A stretch of 63,431 nucleotides of DNA, filler included, from Chiloscyllium plagiosum (Eukaryota), in assembly GCF_004010195.1 (NCBI RefSeq). It is 6 parts of one record of this genome, joined end to end, with 100 filler letters (N's around TTAATTAATTAA, not from the genome) between each part and the next. Parts side by side here need not be neighbours in the genome. Positions count along the whole stretch, not along the records: positions 27,244 to 44,822 come from NC_057710.1; positions 44,923 to 53,640 come from NC_057710.1; 4 more parts are not named here. One strand, written 5' to 3'. A program made the position numbers and the translations under genes. Positions 39,407 through 51,144 of this stretch are shown one piece after another. The notes under the pieces were generated by a model. That model had not been told where the DNA came from. It worked only from the letters and a program-made list of their open reading frames with translations, and did not search any database. Positions within the stretch are counted from its first letter, which is position 1. Every line of letters begins with the position of its first letter.

Positions 39407-39925
39407 CCTGATATATATTTCAGTCCAGCTGATCTATTGCCTCTGTTCACACCGTTCACTCCTCTTTGCCTTAGAGGTCCAGTAGCACCTCATCAATTAT
39501 TACAAGTTAACCTATTATTTACTGATTTACTTATCTAAGCTACTTAACTCTGTGATCTGCCTGTATTGCTTGCAGGACAAAACTTTTCACTGTGCCTCGG
39601 TATACGTGACAATAAATACAATTTAATTCAAGTATTCCCTAACTCTACAGCTTGTAATTGTCCCTTATCAATCTGTCAGTCCCTAAACTGTTTCAACTAA
39701 TTAATAAAGGCAATCTATTCTCATTCATTCTGCCTGAAAAGAAATTATCTTAAATTCTCAAAGTGCAAATTAAAATCAAAACACTCCTGAATCTCGAGCT
39801 GCAGGGAACAAAATACAAGCAATCAATCACCGACAAGCAAAAGTGCACTCAAAATCAGACCACAAAAAGTTAAACTCAAAGTCTCTCTCTCTCTCTCTCT
39901 CCCTTACACACACACACATACACAC

Positions 39926-40709
39926 ACACTGCCCTGCCTGTGTAGACCCTCACGACTGGTGGGTGGTATCCACAGGGACAAATGAACACTACACTGCCTT
40001 GCCCGCACAGACCCTCGTACTCAGCGAGGTGGTATCCACAGGGACTTACTAACACTACCCCACCCTGCCCATGCAGCCCCTCATGACAAGTGGGTGATAT
40101 TCATAGGGCCTTACTAACACTACACTGCCCTGCCTGTGTAGACCCTCACGACCGGCGGATAGTATCCTACGGGAATTACTAACACTACACTGCCCTGCCC
40201 GCACAGACCCTCACGACCAGCGGATGGCATCCACAGGGACTCACTAACATTACACTGCCCTGGCCATGCAGACCCTCGCGACCGGCGGCTTGGTATCCAC
40301 ATGGGCTTACTAAAACTACACTGCCCTGTCTGTGCAGACCCTTGCGACCGATAGATGGTATCCACAGGGACTTACTAACACTACACTGCCCTGTCTGTGC
40401 AGACGCTCACAATTGGTGAGGTGGTATCCACAGGGACTTACTAAAACTACACTGCCCTGGCCATGCAGACCTTCACGACCGGTGAGGTGGTGTCCACAGG
40501 GATTTACTAACACTACACTGCACTGGCCGTGCAGACGCTCACAACTGGTGAGGTGGTATCCACAGGGACTTACTAACACTACACTGCCCTGCCTGCACAG
40601 ACCCTTATGACCGGCGGGACATATCCACAGGGACTCACTGACACTACACTGCCCTTCCCATGCAGATCCTCACAACTGGTGGGTGGTATCCACAGAGACT
40701 TTTTAACAC
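39926..40709 (-). repeat. ~65-66 bp tandem array (~12 diverged copies) in the ERV 5' leader
   Basis: Recurring unit CACTACACTGCCCTG..GCAGAC.CTCAC.AC.GG.G.GGTGGTATCCACAGGGACTTACTAA. Confidence 0.9.
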
Positions 40710-40884
40710 CACATGGAATTTTATATCAGACAATTTCTACTTTCTACTCCTACTTACCCCACTGCACAGTTTTCTTGACCAATTCTCTGAGTCTCCTCAA
40801 ATTTCAATTTATTACTGGACTCTTTGGTTTTTTGGATCCGAGAGACCTTTCAGTCAATAATAGGAAAATTAAAGATATACTTGC

Positions 40885-41695
40885 CTCCCTACTCCTATCA
40901 GTGTTCTAGAGAGACCATTCCCTCTGCAACCCCCTCATCAGGTCCACGGCCCCACCAGCCCACACCCCACTCCTTGTACCTTTCCCTACCACCTCAGGAA
41001 TTGTAAAATCTGCATGCACACCACTCCCCTCACCTCCATCCAAGGCGATAAGGTATCTTTCCACATCAGTCAGAAATTAACTTGTACCTCTACCAATGTC
41101 ATCTACTGTATCTGTTGCACTCAGTATGGTCTACTCTACACTGGGAGACAGGATGCCTTCTTGCGGATCGTTTCAGAGAACATCTCTGGGACACCCACAC
41201 CCACCAACCCCAAATCCCCGTGGCTGAACACTTTAACTCCCTCTCCCACTCCACCAAGGACATGCAGGTACTGGGCCTCCTCTACCGCCAAACTGTTACC
41301 TCCCAATGCCTATAAAGGAAAACCTCATATTCCAGCTTGGAACCCTGCAACCACACAGGATAAACATGGATTTCACCAGCTTCCTCAATTCCCCTCCCCC
41401 TCACACATTAACCCAGCCCCAAGCCTCCAACTTGACACCACCCTCCGGACCTCTCCATCATTCCCCCCTCTGACCTATCACCTTTTTCCTCACCTTTATC
41501 CACCTATTGCTTTCTCAGCTACCTCCCCCCCATCCCCAACACCCCCATTTATGTCTCAGCCCCCTCGGCCCACAAATCTCATTCCTGAAGAAGGGCTTAT
41601 GCCTAAAACATTGATTCTCCTGCTCCTCGGTTGCTGCCTGGCGTGCTGTGCTTTCCCAGCCACACACTCTCGACTCTGACCTCACTTTCTCCTAT
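40885..41695 (+). mobile_element. Penelope-like element: GIY-YIG endonuclease remnant and pLTR
   Basis: LTCTSTNVIYCICC..LLYTG / ETGCLLADRFREHL..PVAEHFNS..DMQVLGL. Confidence 0.88.
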
Positions 41696-42992
41696 AATTC
41701 TTAAGGGGCTTGATAGGGTCAATGCTGAGAGGATGTTTCTCCTGACGGGAGAGTCCAGGGCCAAAGGGCACAGTCTCAGAATACAGGTGCACCAATTTAA
41801 ACTGAGATGAGAAGGAATGCTTCTCTCAGAGTGTGGTGAGTCTTTGGAATTTCTTGCAGCATAGAGATGTGGGGCAGAGATCTTGTGTATATTTGAGCCT
41901 GAGATAGAGAGATTTTCAATCGGTCAGGAATCTAAGCTGATAGGGAAAGTAAACATGAGCAATGTCAGATCAGCCACAATCCTATTGAGTGGCAAAGCAG
42001 GACTGTGGGACTGAACTGCGATTCTGATGTATTGCAGAAAGTCACAAAAGCAATCTGGTGACAGTGGCTTTGAAACACACAAAGGACAAGGGCAGCAGAT
42101 ACATGGGAACACTGTCCACTGCAGGTTCCCTCCAAGCCACTCACTATCCTGACTTAAAATATATCGTACATCATAGAATCACTGCAGTGTGGAAACAGGC
42201 CTTTTGGCCCAATAAGTCCACACCAAATCTCCAAAGAGTATTCCACCCAGTCCCATTCCCCTCCCCTATTACACTACATTTCCCTGTTTCATCCACCTGA
42301 CCGACACATCTCTGAACACTATGGATTATTAAGCATGGCCAATTCACCTGAGCTGCATCTAAGCTTTAGTCAAAATCCTAGAATATCTAAGAACATGGTG
42401 GATCAACCTATAATGACAATCACAAGGACTGCAGTGATTCAAGAAGGCAGCTCTTCATCACGTGATCAAGGCCACCTATTCCCAGGACCCACTCAACTGG
42501 TATCTCAGAAGATAAGAAAAGCCCCCAGGTGGGGCTGTTGGTTCAGACTCTGCAACAATATCACATAATAGAGTATCCTTTACGGTCACGTGTACTCAAG
42601 TACAGAAAGCCAGGAGAACAGTGAAAGGTTTTACAATTTCGACTCCCTGAAATCATTGGGAGGCAGACTGTTGGAAGGGATTCTGAGGGATAACATTTAC
42701 ATGTATTTGGAAAGGCAAAGACTGATGAGGGATAGTCAGCATGGCTTTGTGTGTCGAAAATCATGTCTCATGAATTTTTTTTGAAGAGGATTGATGAGGG
42801 CAGATTGGTGAACATAATCTTATATGGACTTCAGCAAGGTGTCCGACAAGATTTCTCATGGTAGGCTGGTAAGCAAGGTTAGGTCACATTGAACAGAGAG
42901 AGAACCAGCCGTTGGGAAACAGAGTTGGCTTGAAGTTAGAACACAAAGTCCCATATTCATTGAGATTATTTCTATTTGTTATTTTCCAACAG

Positions 42993-43058
42993 ATACAACA
43001 ATTATCACTACTACCTTACTCACAACGGAGCCTCCAACAACTACTGAAGAGACAACAG
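42993..43058 (+). CDS. 66-nt phase 1-1 exon encoding a Thr-rich mucin-like repeat (copy 1), probably part of the ADAM gene
   Basis: Acceptor tttgttattttccaacag| and donor |gttagt. Read from the phase-1 donor at 28390 it gives DTTIITTTLLTTEPPTTTEETT. Confidence 0.72.
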
Positions 43059-44743
43059 GTTAGTAATCTTCTCCAACAAACCTCTCAAATGTCATACACA
43101 TTCAGTCAATGGGCTTTGCCGTATGGGGAATGTATGAATGATGTCTTTCCACACCCAGGGTTGTGTTTTATTCCTGCCCATTGCATGTTGGGATTCTCAG
43201 TCTGGGGAATGATGGGTAATGGCAATGAGACTTTCACAGGGCACTCCGCTTCAGACAGATTCAAAACTGGAGTTCAAGCAGTGCACGTGTAATGTTGAAG
43301 AGATTGTTCACACAATAACATCTCAGTGCCCGCTCAGTGTCCCTGGGTGAGAACCCTGGCTCTCTCTCCCTAACTGCATTGGGGAAACATCCAGACAAGG
43401 AGCAGGGGTAGGCCATTCGGCCTTTCGAGCCTGCTGTACCATTCAATATCATCGTGTCTCATCCTCAATCAAAACGTTACATTCCCTTTTCGATCCATAA
43501 TCCTTGATGACGTTAAATCAAGAAACCTAATTATCTCTCTCTCTGTATATATTCAGTGCCTTGACTCACGTGGCCTTCTGTGACAGAGAATTCCACATTT
43601 TCACTGCCCTTTGAGTGAAGAATTCTTTCCTCGTCTCATCCTTAATTGTGGAGGTGCTGGACTGGGGTGAACATGACTCCACCTGACCAAGGGGCAGTGC
43701 CCCGAAAGCTTGTGATTTCACATTAACCTGTTGGAATATAACCTGGTGTCATGTGACTTCTGACCTCATTCTGAAAATGGTCTCCCCTGTATCCTGGGGC
43801 TGTGACCCTGATTCTAGTCTCCCCAATCCAGGGAAACACCCTCCCAGCATCCAAACTGTCCAGCTCTGTTAGAGTGTTTAAATCAAACTCCACTGAATAC
43901 AGGGCCAGTTGAAACTTTCCCTCCTCATGGGACCGTCCTGCCATCCTCAGTATCAGACTAGTGACCCTCCCTATACTCCCTCTATGGCACGTCTGTCCTC
44001 TCATAGCTGGGGGGAACCAACCCTGCACACAACCCTCCAGCTGTGCTCTCCCCAAGGCCCAGTATAACTGCAGCAAGACATCCCGACCTCTGAACCCAGA
44101 TCCTCTTGCCCTGAAGGACAATATACAACTTCCCTTCCTCAGTGCTTGGCTGTGCCTATAGCTGTCTACTGTCATTAAGTGGTGCACAAGGACACCCTTT
44201 GTACATCCAAACTTCCCAAGTATCATCGAGCTCATGTGCATATATTGTGAATAGCTGGTGCCCAGCAGAGATCCATGTGGTACCCCACTGGTCACTGGCT
44301 GCCATTTCGAGAAAGACCAATGTATTAAAACTCCAACAGTCTGTCAAGCAACTCCCAAAACGTGTCAATATATTACCCCCTATCCCAGGTGATTTAATTT
44401 TACTCATGACCCTGTAATAAGGGACCTTATCAAAGGGGTCACTCCAGACAATGGGAGATCAAGAAGGCAGCTCACCATCATTGGGCAATTCAAGGGACAG
44501 TTAGGGACAGGCAATAAATGCAGGCCCATCCAGTGACTCCCATATCCCGGGAATGAATAAAAAGGAGGTGTCAGGAACCAGTGATGCCGTTCAAGTGTTC
44601 CATTCACAAGGCCATCTGCACCCAGGAGATTTAAAATTGAGCCCATAGCTCCGATCAGCCTGACCCTCACACTCCCGAGACACCAATGCAGGAACAGGGT
44701 CCCACATTCATTGAGATTGTTTCTGTTTGTTCCTTTCCAACAG

Positions 44744-44809
44744 TTGCCACAACACCCACTACTACAATTCCCACAACAGAGGCTCCGACAACTACTGAAG
44801 AGACAACAG
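44744..44809 (+). CDS. 66-nt phase 1-1 mucin-like exon (copy 2)
   Basis: Acceptor tttgttcctttccaacag| and donor |gttagt. Encodes VATTPTTTIPTTEAPTTTEETT. Exon length, splice sites and ~45 nt of upstream intron are paralogous to copy 1. Confidence 0.72.
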
Positions 44810-44922
44810 GTTAGTAATCTTCNNNNNNNNNNNNNNNNNNNNNNNNNNNNNNNNNNNNNNNNNNNNTTAATTAATTAANNNNNNNNNNNNNNNNNNNNNN
44901 NNNNNNNNNNNNNNNNNNNNNN

Positions 44923-45105
44923 TGATGCTATGTTCCCGTGTTTCCATGTTTCTGTGATTCCATGTTCCCGTGTTTCCATGTTACTCTGATGCTATGTTCC
45001 CGTGTTTCCATGTTTCTGTGATTCCATGTTCCCGTGTTTCCATGTTTCTGTGTATTCCCGTGTTGCCGTGTTTCCATGTTTCTGTGTATTCCCGTGTTGC
45101 CGTGT
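44923..45105. repeat. Short degenerate tandem repeat at a contig start
   Basis: Repeated ATGTTCCCGTGTTTCCATGTTTCTG motifs. Confidence 0.8.
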
Positions 45106-45286
45106 TGCAGCCAGTTGCTGCTGCTATTGGTCTCTGTGTGAACGCAGTGCCCTGCAGCTGCTGGAGGCTGTGCTGTGATTACTGCTGCACAAGCTGTTGA
45201 CATCGAACCAGGTTGTTTTGTCTTCAGGCAGTGAAACATCTGCCCTGGCATCTTACTGACTGCTGTTTCTAATTCTGACCCTCTAG

Positions 45287-45375
45287 AGAAGTCTGCTGTG
45301 GAGGAACTCCTACAGATTTCCAGGCAGGGATCTGACATTGATGGTTTAGTCTTACAGTACCTGGAGATTGCCCAG
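45287..45375 (+). CDS. RhoBTB1/2-family exon (89 nt, region after the second BTB domain)
   Basis: Acceptor ctgaccctctag| and donor |gtatgt, phase 1 to 0. EKSAVEELLQISRQGSDIDGLVLQYLEIAQ aligns to RHOBTB1 EQHAVQELTKAATSGVGIDGEVLSYLELAQ. Confidence 0.9.
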
Positions 45376-45559
45376 GTATGTTGAACAATGCCGTGACACA
45401 GGTGCTGAGCGCTCGGCAACAATTGGCATCTGCTCCAGACGTATTTCAGACTGTTCCCGATTGGGTGGGAGACTTGTTTTCATTCCCCAGGACGGGGCTG
45501 GACGGGGAATGGGAATATGACCCCTGTAGGTTCAGTGATACTTGGAGATTACTGAGGTG

Positions 45560-47095
45560 TTCAGTTGTGTACTTTGAGCCTGTGTTTATCTGGGTATAGT
45601 CTGAGCTTGTGTTTGCGTATAAGGATATCTTATGGCAAGTATACAGGGATGTTTTGAGACCACACCAGAAATGTGATGTGTAGTTTTGGTCTCCTTTTCT
45701 GAGGAAGGATGTTCTCGTTCTCGGGGAAGTGCAGTGAGGGTTTCCCAGGCTGGTTCCAGGGTGTTAGAACTCAACTCCAAAGAGAGACTGAAGTCACTCG
45801 GACAATGTGCTGTACTGTTCTATGCTCTATACTCACTTGAGTTTAGAGGAATGAATGTGGGCTTCAGAGAGACCAAAACACATCATGAAGGATATCCTCG
45901 ATGACCCAAAGCTGGGGAGAGGGACAGGTAATGTTGACAAAGCAGGGAAGCTGCAGCAGGACATGTACAGACTGGGTGATGGGCAGGATAGTGACTGGGG
46001 AAATATCAGGTTATGCACTTTGTTGGAAAAACAAAACCACAGACTATTTTCTATGTGGGAAAAGCCTTCGGAAATCTGAAGCAGAAAGGGATTTGGGAGT
46101 CCGAGGTCAGGATTCTCTAAAGGTCAACATGCAGGTTCAGTTGGCAGTTAGGAAGGCAGATGTAATGTTAACCTTCATTTAGAAAGTGCTAGGATACAAG
46201 TGGTACAACATCGGGATGTACTGCTGAGGCAGTATAAGGCTCTGGTCAGACCATGTTTGTAATATTGTGAGCTGTTTCCGGCCCCATATCTTAAGGAAGG
46301 ATGTCCTGGCACTGGAGAAGGTCCAGAGGAGGTTCACCTGAATGACCCTGGGAGTGAAGAGCTTGTCAGTCGAGGACTGTGGGTCTGTATTCGATGGAGT
46401 TTAGAAGGATATGGGGCAATCTGATTGAAGCTTACAGAATCCTGAGGGGCCTGGATAAAGTGGATGGTGTGAACAAGGTGTTTCCATCCGAACAAGAGAC
46501 TCGGACCCAAGGGCACAGCCTCTGGGTGAAGGGACGGAGAGGAATTTCTCCAGCCACAGGGTGGGGAATCTGTGGAACTCATTGATGTAGAGGACAGGTC
46601 ATTGAGTGTATTTAAGGTGAAGTTAGAGAGGTTCCTGATGAGTAAGGGGATCAAGGGCTATGGGGGAGAAGGCAGGAGAATGGGGTTACGAAACCTATCA
46701 GTCATGATCGAACGGCAGAGCAGACCCAATGGGCTGAGTGGCCTCATTCTGTTCCTGTGTCTGATGGTGTTATGGATGACCTAGGAGTCCAGAACCAGGG
46801 GTCAGTATCTAAAGATACAGGGTGGGTCATTTCGGGCTGAGATGAGGAGAAATCTCTTCACCCAGAGGGTGGCGAAACTGTGGAACTCACTATCACAGGA
46901 AACTGTTGAGGCTAAAACATGGACGATTTTCAGGACGGATGTAGGTATAGTTCTTTGGAACAACTCAAAGGATATATGGGGAGGAAGCAGAGAAGGTACT
47001 GTCTGAGATGATCAGCCATGTTCATATTCAATGAGGGATAAGGCTTGGTGGGTGAAAAGGGCAGTTCCTGCTCTGATATTCTGTGTATCTGTGAG
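45560..47095 (+). mobile_element. Old CR1 fragments in the RhoBTB intron
   Basis: ERDLGV..DSLKVNMQVQ and GLYSMEFRRIWGNLIEAYRIL. Confidence 0.75.
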
Positions 47096-48114
47096 TCACT
47101 TTTGGTGTGCTTTCTATTCTGTCCAACTATCTGACGTGCAGTTGCAGTATTGTAGATTCTTTACATTCTCTAGTTAGCTACACTTGCTGTATTCTTCCCC
47201 TCAAATTTTACTTTCTTACTGGAATATCTCTTTGCTGAGTATCCTGAAATATCTCCTTAAATGTATACCAGTCCATCTCTGCTGACTTATCCCTGAAACA
47301 CATTTCTCAGCTCACTTTAACCAGCATACCCTAATCATTACTTTTCTTTAACCCTCTAACCTTTGACCCACTCTGCTCTTCCTCTAACATTTCTTATGTT
47401 CTGATATCCTGATTACCAAGTGTGGGATTGCCTGGTTTTTGGCTGACTCCTGGACGTGCTGCTGTGAGAAATTGACCCCAAAGTGTATGTTGAACTTGTC
47501 ACCCTGACTCCCGAGTCATCCACACCAAATCTCTCCCTGTCCTCACCATCAAATGTAACCGTTTCAGACTGTGGTTGCCATCTAGCTCCACTTTGTTTCC
47601 TTCTCCTCCTTTGAATGGTTTCCATTTTGTCTCTTTTATTCTTGTGCTGTTAGTGTTTGGTTGGTTATTTATTCTGCTACATGCTGTTTATTTCCTTGTC
47701 CCAGTCTGCTTGCCTTCGGCCTCCCTCCCTTTTTTCCCCTTACTCTCCTTTCCTCTATTAAATCACAAACCTGCCCTTTTCAACTCACTTTCTGCTAACA
47801 TTGCATTTTGAACATTTCCCATTCCTGACAAAAAGTCATTGACCTGAAATCTTATCTTTGTTTCTCTCTCCACAGATTCTGTCCGACCGGCTGATGTTCC
47901 CCAGCATTTTCTCTTTTTATTGCAGATTGTATTGTGCATTTGCCAGTGTCGAGCTGTACTTTGAAAAAGTCCGTAATAAAGTTCCACATGTCCAGCTGTT
48001 AATTAAACTCAAAGTGTTGAAATTTTGATTGAAAGCTGCTTAATCGAGGGGTAACGGTAAAATACTGGACTCAGGGTGTTACACCAGAGCCATAGGGCAG
48101 CGATGTTTACAAAC

Positions 48115-50835
48115 CGTCAGAATACCATCTATATACTGTCTGTATACTGTCAGTATAACATCCATATACTGTCTGTATACTGTCAGTATAACATCCATAT
48201 ACTGTCTGTATATTGTCAGTATATCATCCATATACTGTCTGTATACTGTCAGTATACCATCCATATACTGTCTGTATACCATCTATATACTGTCTGTATA
48301 CCATCTGTATAATGTCAGTATACCATCCATATACTGGCTGCATACTGCAGGTATACCATCTATATACTGTCTGTATATTATCAGTATATCATCTATATAC
48401 TGTCTGTATACTGTCAGTATATCATCCATATTCTCTCAGTATACCATCTATGTACTGTCAGTATACTATCCATATACTGTCTGTATATTGTCAGTATATC
48501 ATCTATATACTGTCAGTATACCATCCATATCCTGTCAGTATACCATCTATATACTCTCTGTATACTGTCAGTATACCATCCATATCCTGTCAGTATACCA
48601 TCTATATACTGTCTGTACACTGTCAGTATACCATCCATATACTGTCTGTATATTGTCAGTATATCATCCATATACTGTCTGTATACTGTCAGTATACCAT
48701 CCATATCCTGTCAGTATACCATCTATATAGTGTCTGTACACTGTCAGTATACCATCCATATACAGTCTGTATACCATCTATATACTGTCAGTATACCATC
48801 CATATACTGTCTGTATACTGTCAGTATACTATCCATATACTGGCAGTATACCATCCATATACTGCCTGTATACTGTCAGTATACCATCTATGTGCTGTCA
48901 GTATACCATCCATATACTGTCTGTATATTGTCAGTATATCATCTATATACTGTCTGTATACTGTCAGTATACCATCCATATCCTGTCAGTATACCATCTC
49001 TATACTGTCTGTATACTGTCAGTATACCATCCATATACAGTCAGTATACCACCTATATACTGTCTGTATATTGTCAGTATATCATCCATATACTGTCTGT
49101 ACACTGTCAGTATATGGTCCATATACTGTCAGTATACCATCTTTATACTGTCTGTATACAGTCCATATACTGTCAGTCTACTATCTATGTACTGACTGTG
49201 TACTGTCCGTATATGGTCCATATTATGTCAGTATACCATTTATATACTGTCTGTGCACTATCGGTATATCATCCATATACTGTCAGTATACCATCTATAT
49301 ACTGTCAGTATATCATCTATATACTGTCTGTATACTGTCAGTATACCACCTATATACTGTCTATATATTGTCAGTACATCATCTATATACTGTCTGTACG
49401 CTGTCAGTATGCCATCCATTTACTGTCAGTATATAATCTATATACTGTCTGTATACTGTCAGTATACCACCTATATTTTGTCTGTATATTGTCAGTATAT
49501 CATCTATATACTGTCTGTATACTGTCAGTATACCATCCATATACTGTCTGTATACTGTCAGTATATCATCCATTTACTGTCAGTATACCATCTATATACT
49601 GTCAGTATACCATCTATATACTGTCTGTATACTGTCAGTATACCATCCATTTACTGTCAGTATACCATCTATATACTGTCAGTATACCATCTATATACTG
49701 TCTGTATACTGTCAGTATACCATCCATTTACTGTCAGTACACCATCTATATACTGTCAGTATACCATCTATATACTGTCTGTATACTGTCAGTATACCAC
49801 CTACATACTGTCTGTATACTGTCAGTATACCATCCATATACTGTCAGTATAAAATCTATATACTGTCTGTATATTATCAATATATCATTTAAATACTGTT
49901 TGTATATTGTCAGTATACCATCCATATACTGTCAATAAGCCATCTATTTACGGTCTGTATATTGTCAGTATACCATCTATGTGCTGTCTGTATACTGTCA
50001 GTATACATTCCATATACTGTCAGTATACCATTTATATACTGTCTGCATACTGTCGGCATATCATCCATATGCTGTCAGTAAACCATCTATATACTGTAAG
50101 TATACCAACTATGTACTGTCTATATACTGTCAGTATACCATTTATATACTGTCTGTACACTGTCAAAATACCATCCATATACCATCTATATACTATCTGT
50201 ATACTGTCAGTGTACCATCTATATACTGTCTGTGTACTGTCAGTATACCATTCAAATATTGTTGGTATGCCGTCAGTATACTTTCTATATATTGTCTATA
50301 TACTGTCAGTATACCATCCATATACTGTCAGTATAAAATCTATATACTGTCTGTATACTGTCTATCTACTGTCTGTATACAGCCTATATGTTGTCTATAT
50401 ACTATCAGTACACCATCCATATACTGTCTGTATATCGTCAGTATACTGTCCATAAACTGTTAGTAGACTGTCTACATACTGTCGGTATCCTATCTAGATA
50501 CTGTCAGTATACCATCTGTATACTGTCTGTATACTGTTGGTGTACCGTCTATATACTGTCACTGTACTGTCAGTATACCATCTATATACTGTTTGTATTC
50601 TGTCAGGTATACTGTCTATATACTGTTGGTACACTGTCTGTATACCATCTATGTATTTATATATACTATCAGTATACCATTTGTATACTGTCAGTACTAT
50701 TGAGTATACCATCTATGTACTGTCTGTATGCTGTCTATATACTGTCAGTATAATGTCCATATACTGTCAGTATATTATTTGTATACTGTTGTTATACTGT
50801 CTGCATACTGTCAGGATCCCGTTGGTATACTGTTT
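48115..50835. repeat. Satellite-like array of 11-bp subunits (common 33-bp higher-order unit) in the RhoBTB intron
   Basis: Shuffled subunits TATACTGTCTG / TATACTGTCAG / TATACCATCYA, degenerating toward the 3' end. Confidence 0.95.
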
Positions 50836-51038
50836 ATCCAGGTTCCGATAGCTGGTATAATTAAAGCCAATTTCTATGAATGCTGGAAATTTGAAATAAA
50901 AACTGAGAATGCTGGAGAAACTCAGCAGGTTTGGCAGCATCTGTGGAGAGAGAAACAGAGTTAACATTTCAAGCATGGGATGACTCTTCTGTCTTGGCTT
51001 CATTATTCAAGCTTTTCATTCACATTCTTTTCTTTTAG

Positions 51039-51144
51039 TTGCACAGTGCTCGACAGCTTGCTGACTGGTGTCTCCATCACATCTGTACAAACTACAACAG
51101 CATCTGCCGCAAGTTCCCTAAGGAGATGAGACACATGTCTCCAG
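51039..51144 (+). CDS. RhoBTB1/2-family exon (106 nt, C-terminal domain)
   Basis: Acceptor cttttcttttag| and donor |gtagag, phase 0 to 1, in frame with the 45287 exon. [35 protein letters not shown] resembles RHOBTB2 [35 protein letters not shown]. Confidence 0.93.

Larger units (their letters stand above)
33430..40880 (-). mobile_element. Decayed endogenous retrovirus (fish epsilon/ZFERV-like), antisense to the ADAM gene
   Basis: Collinear minus-strand order: tandem-repeat leader, gag, pol remnants with integrase, env, then a purine-rich PPT-like tract near 33792-33815. Outer boundaries are approximate and paired LTRs were not identified. Confidence 0.85.

Noticed and set aside
39926..40709. 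CRISPR-like alternation of conserved and variable blocks
   Set aside because: The variable blocks are homologous to each other, the context is a eukaryotic ERV, and there are no cas genes.
45109..45286. Possible upstream RhoBTB BTB exon (LEAVL/DYCCT resembles QAVLDYLYT) or ADAM TM exon
   Set aside because: It requires a frameshift, has stops in all three frames and gives no convincing TM helix. Probably chance similarity.
48213..50851. Long Tyr/Cys/Ile-rich ORFs
   Set aside because: They are translations of the 11/33-bp satellite in an intron.
51047..51129. Ser/Thr-rich alternative frame as a terminal ADAM exon ([27 protein letters not shown])
   Set aside because: The same bases encode a well-conserved RhoBTB exon in another frame.
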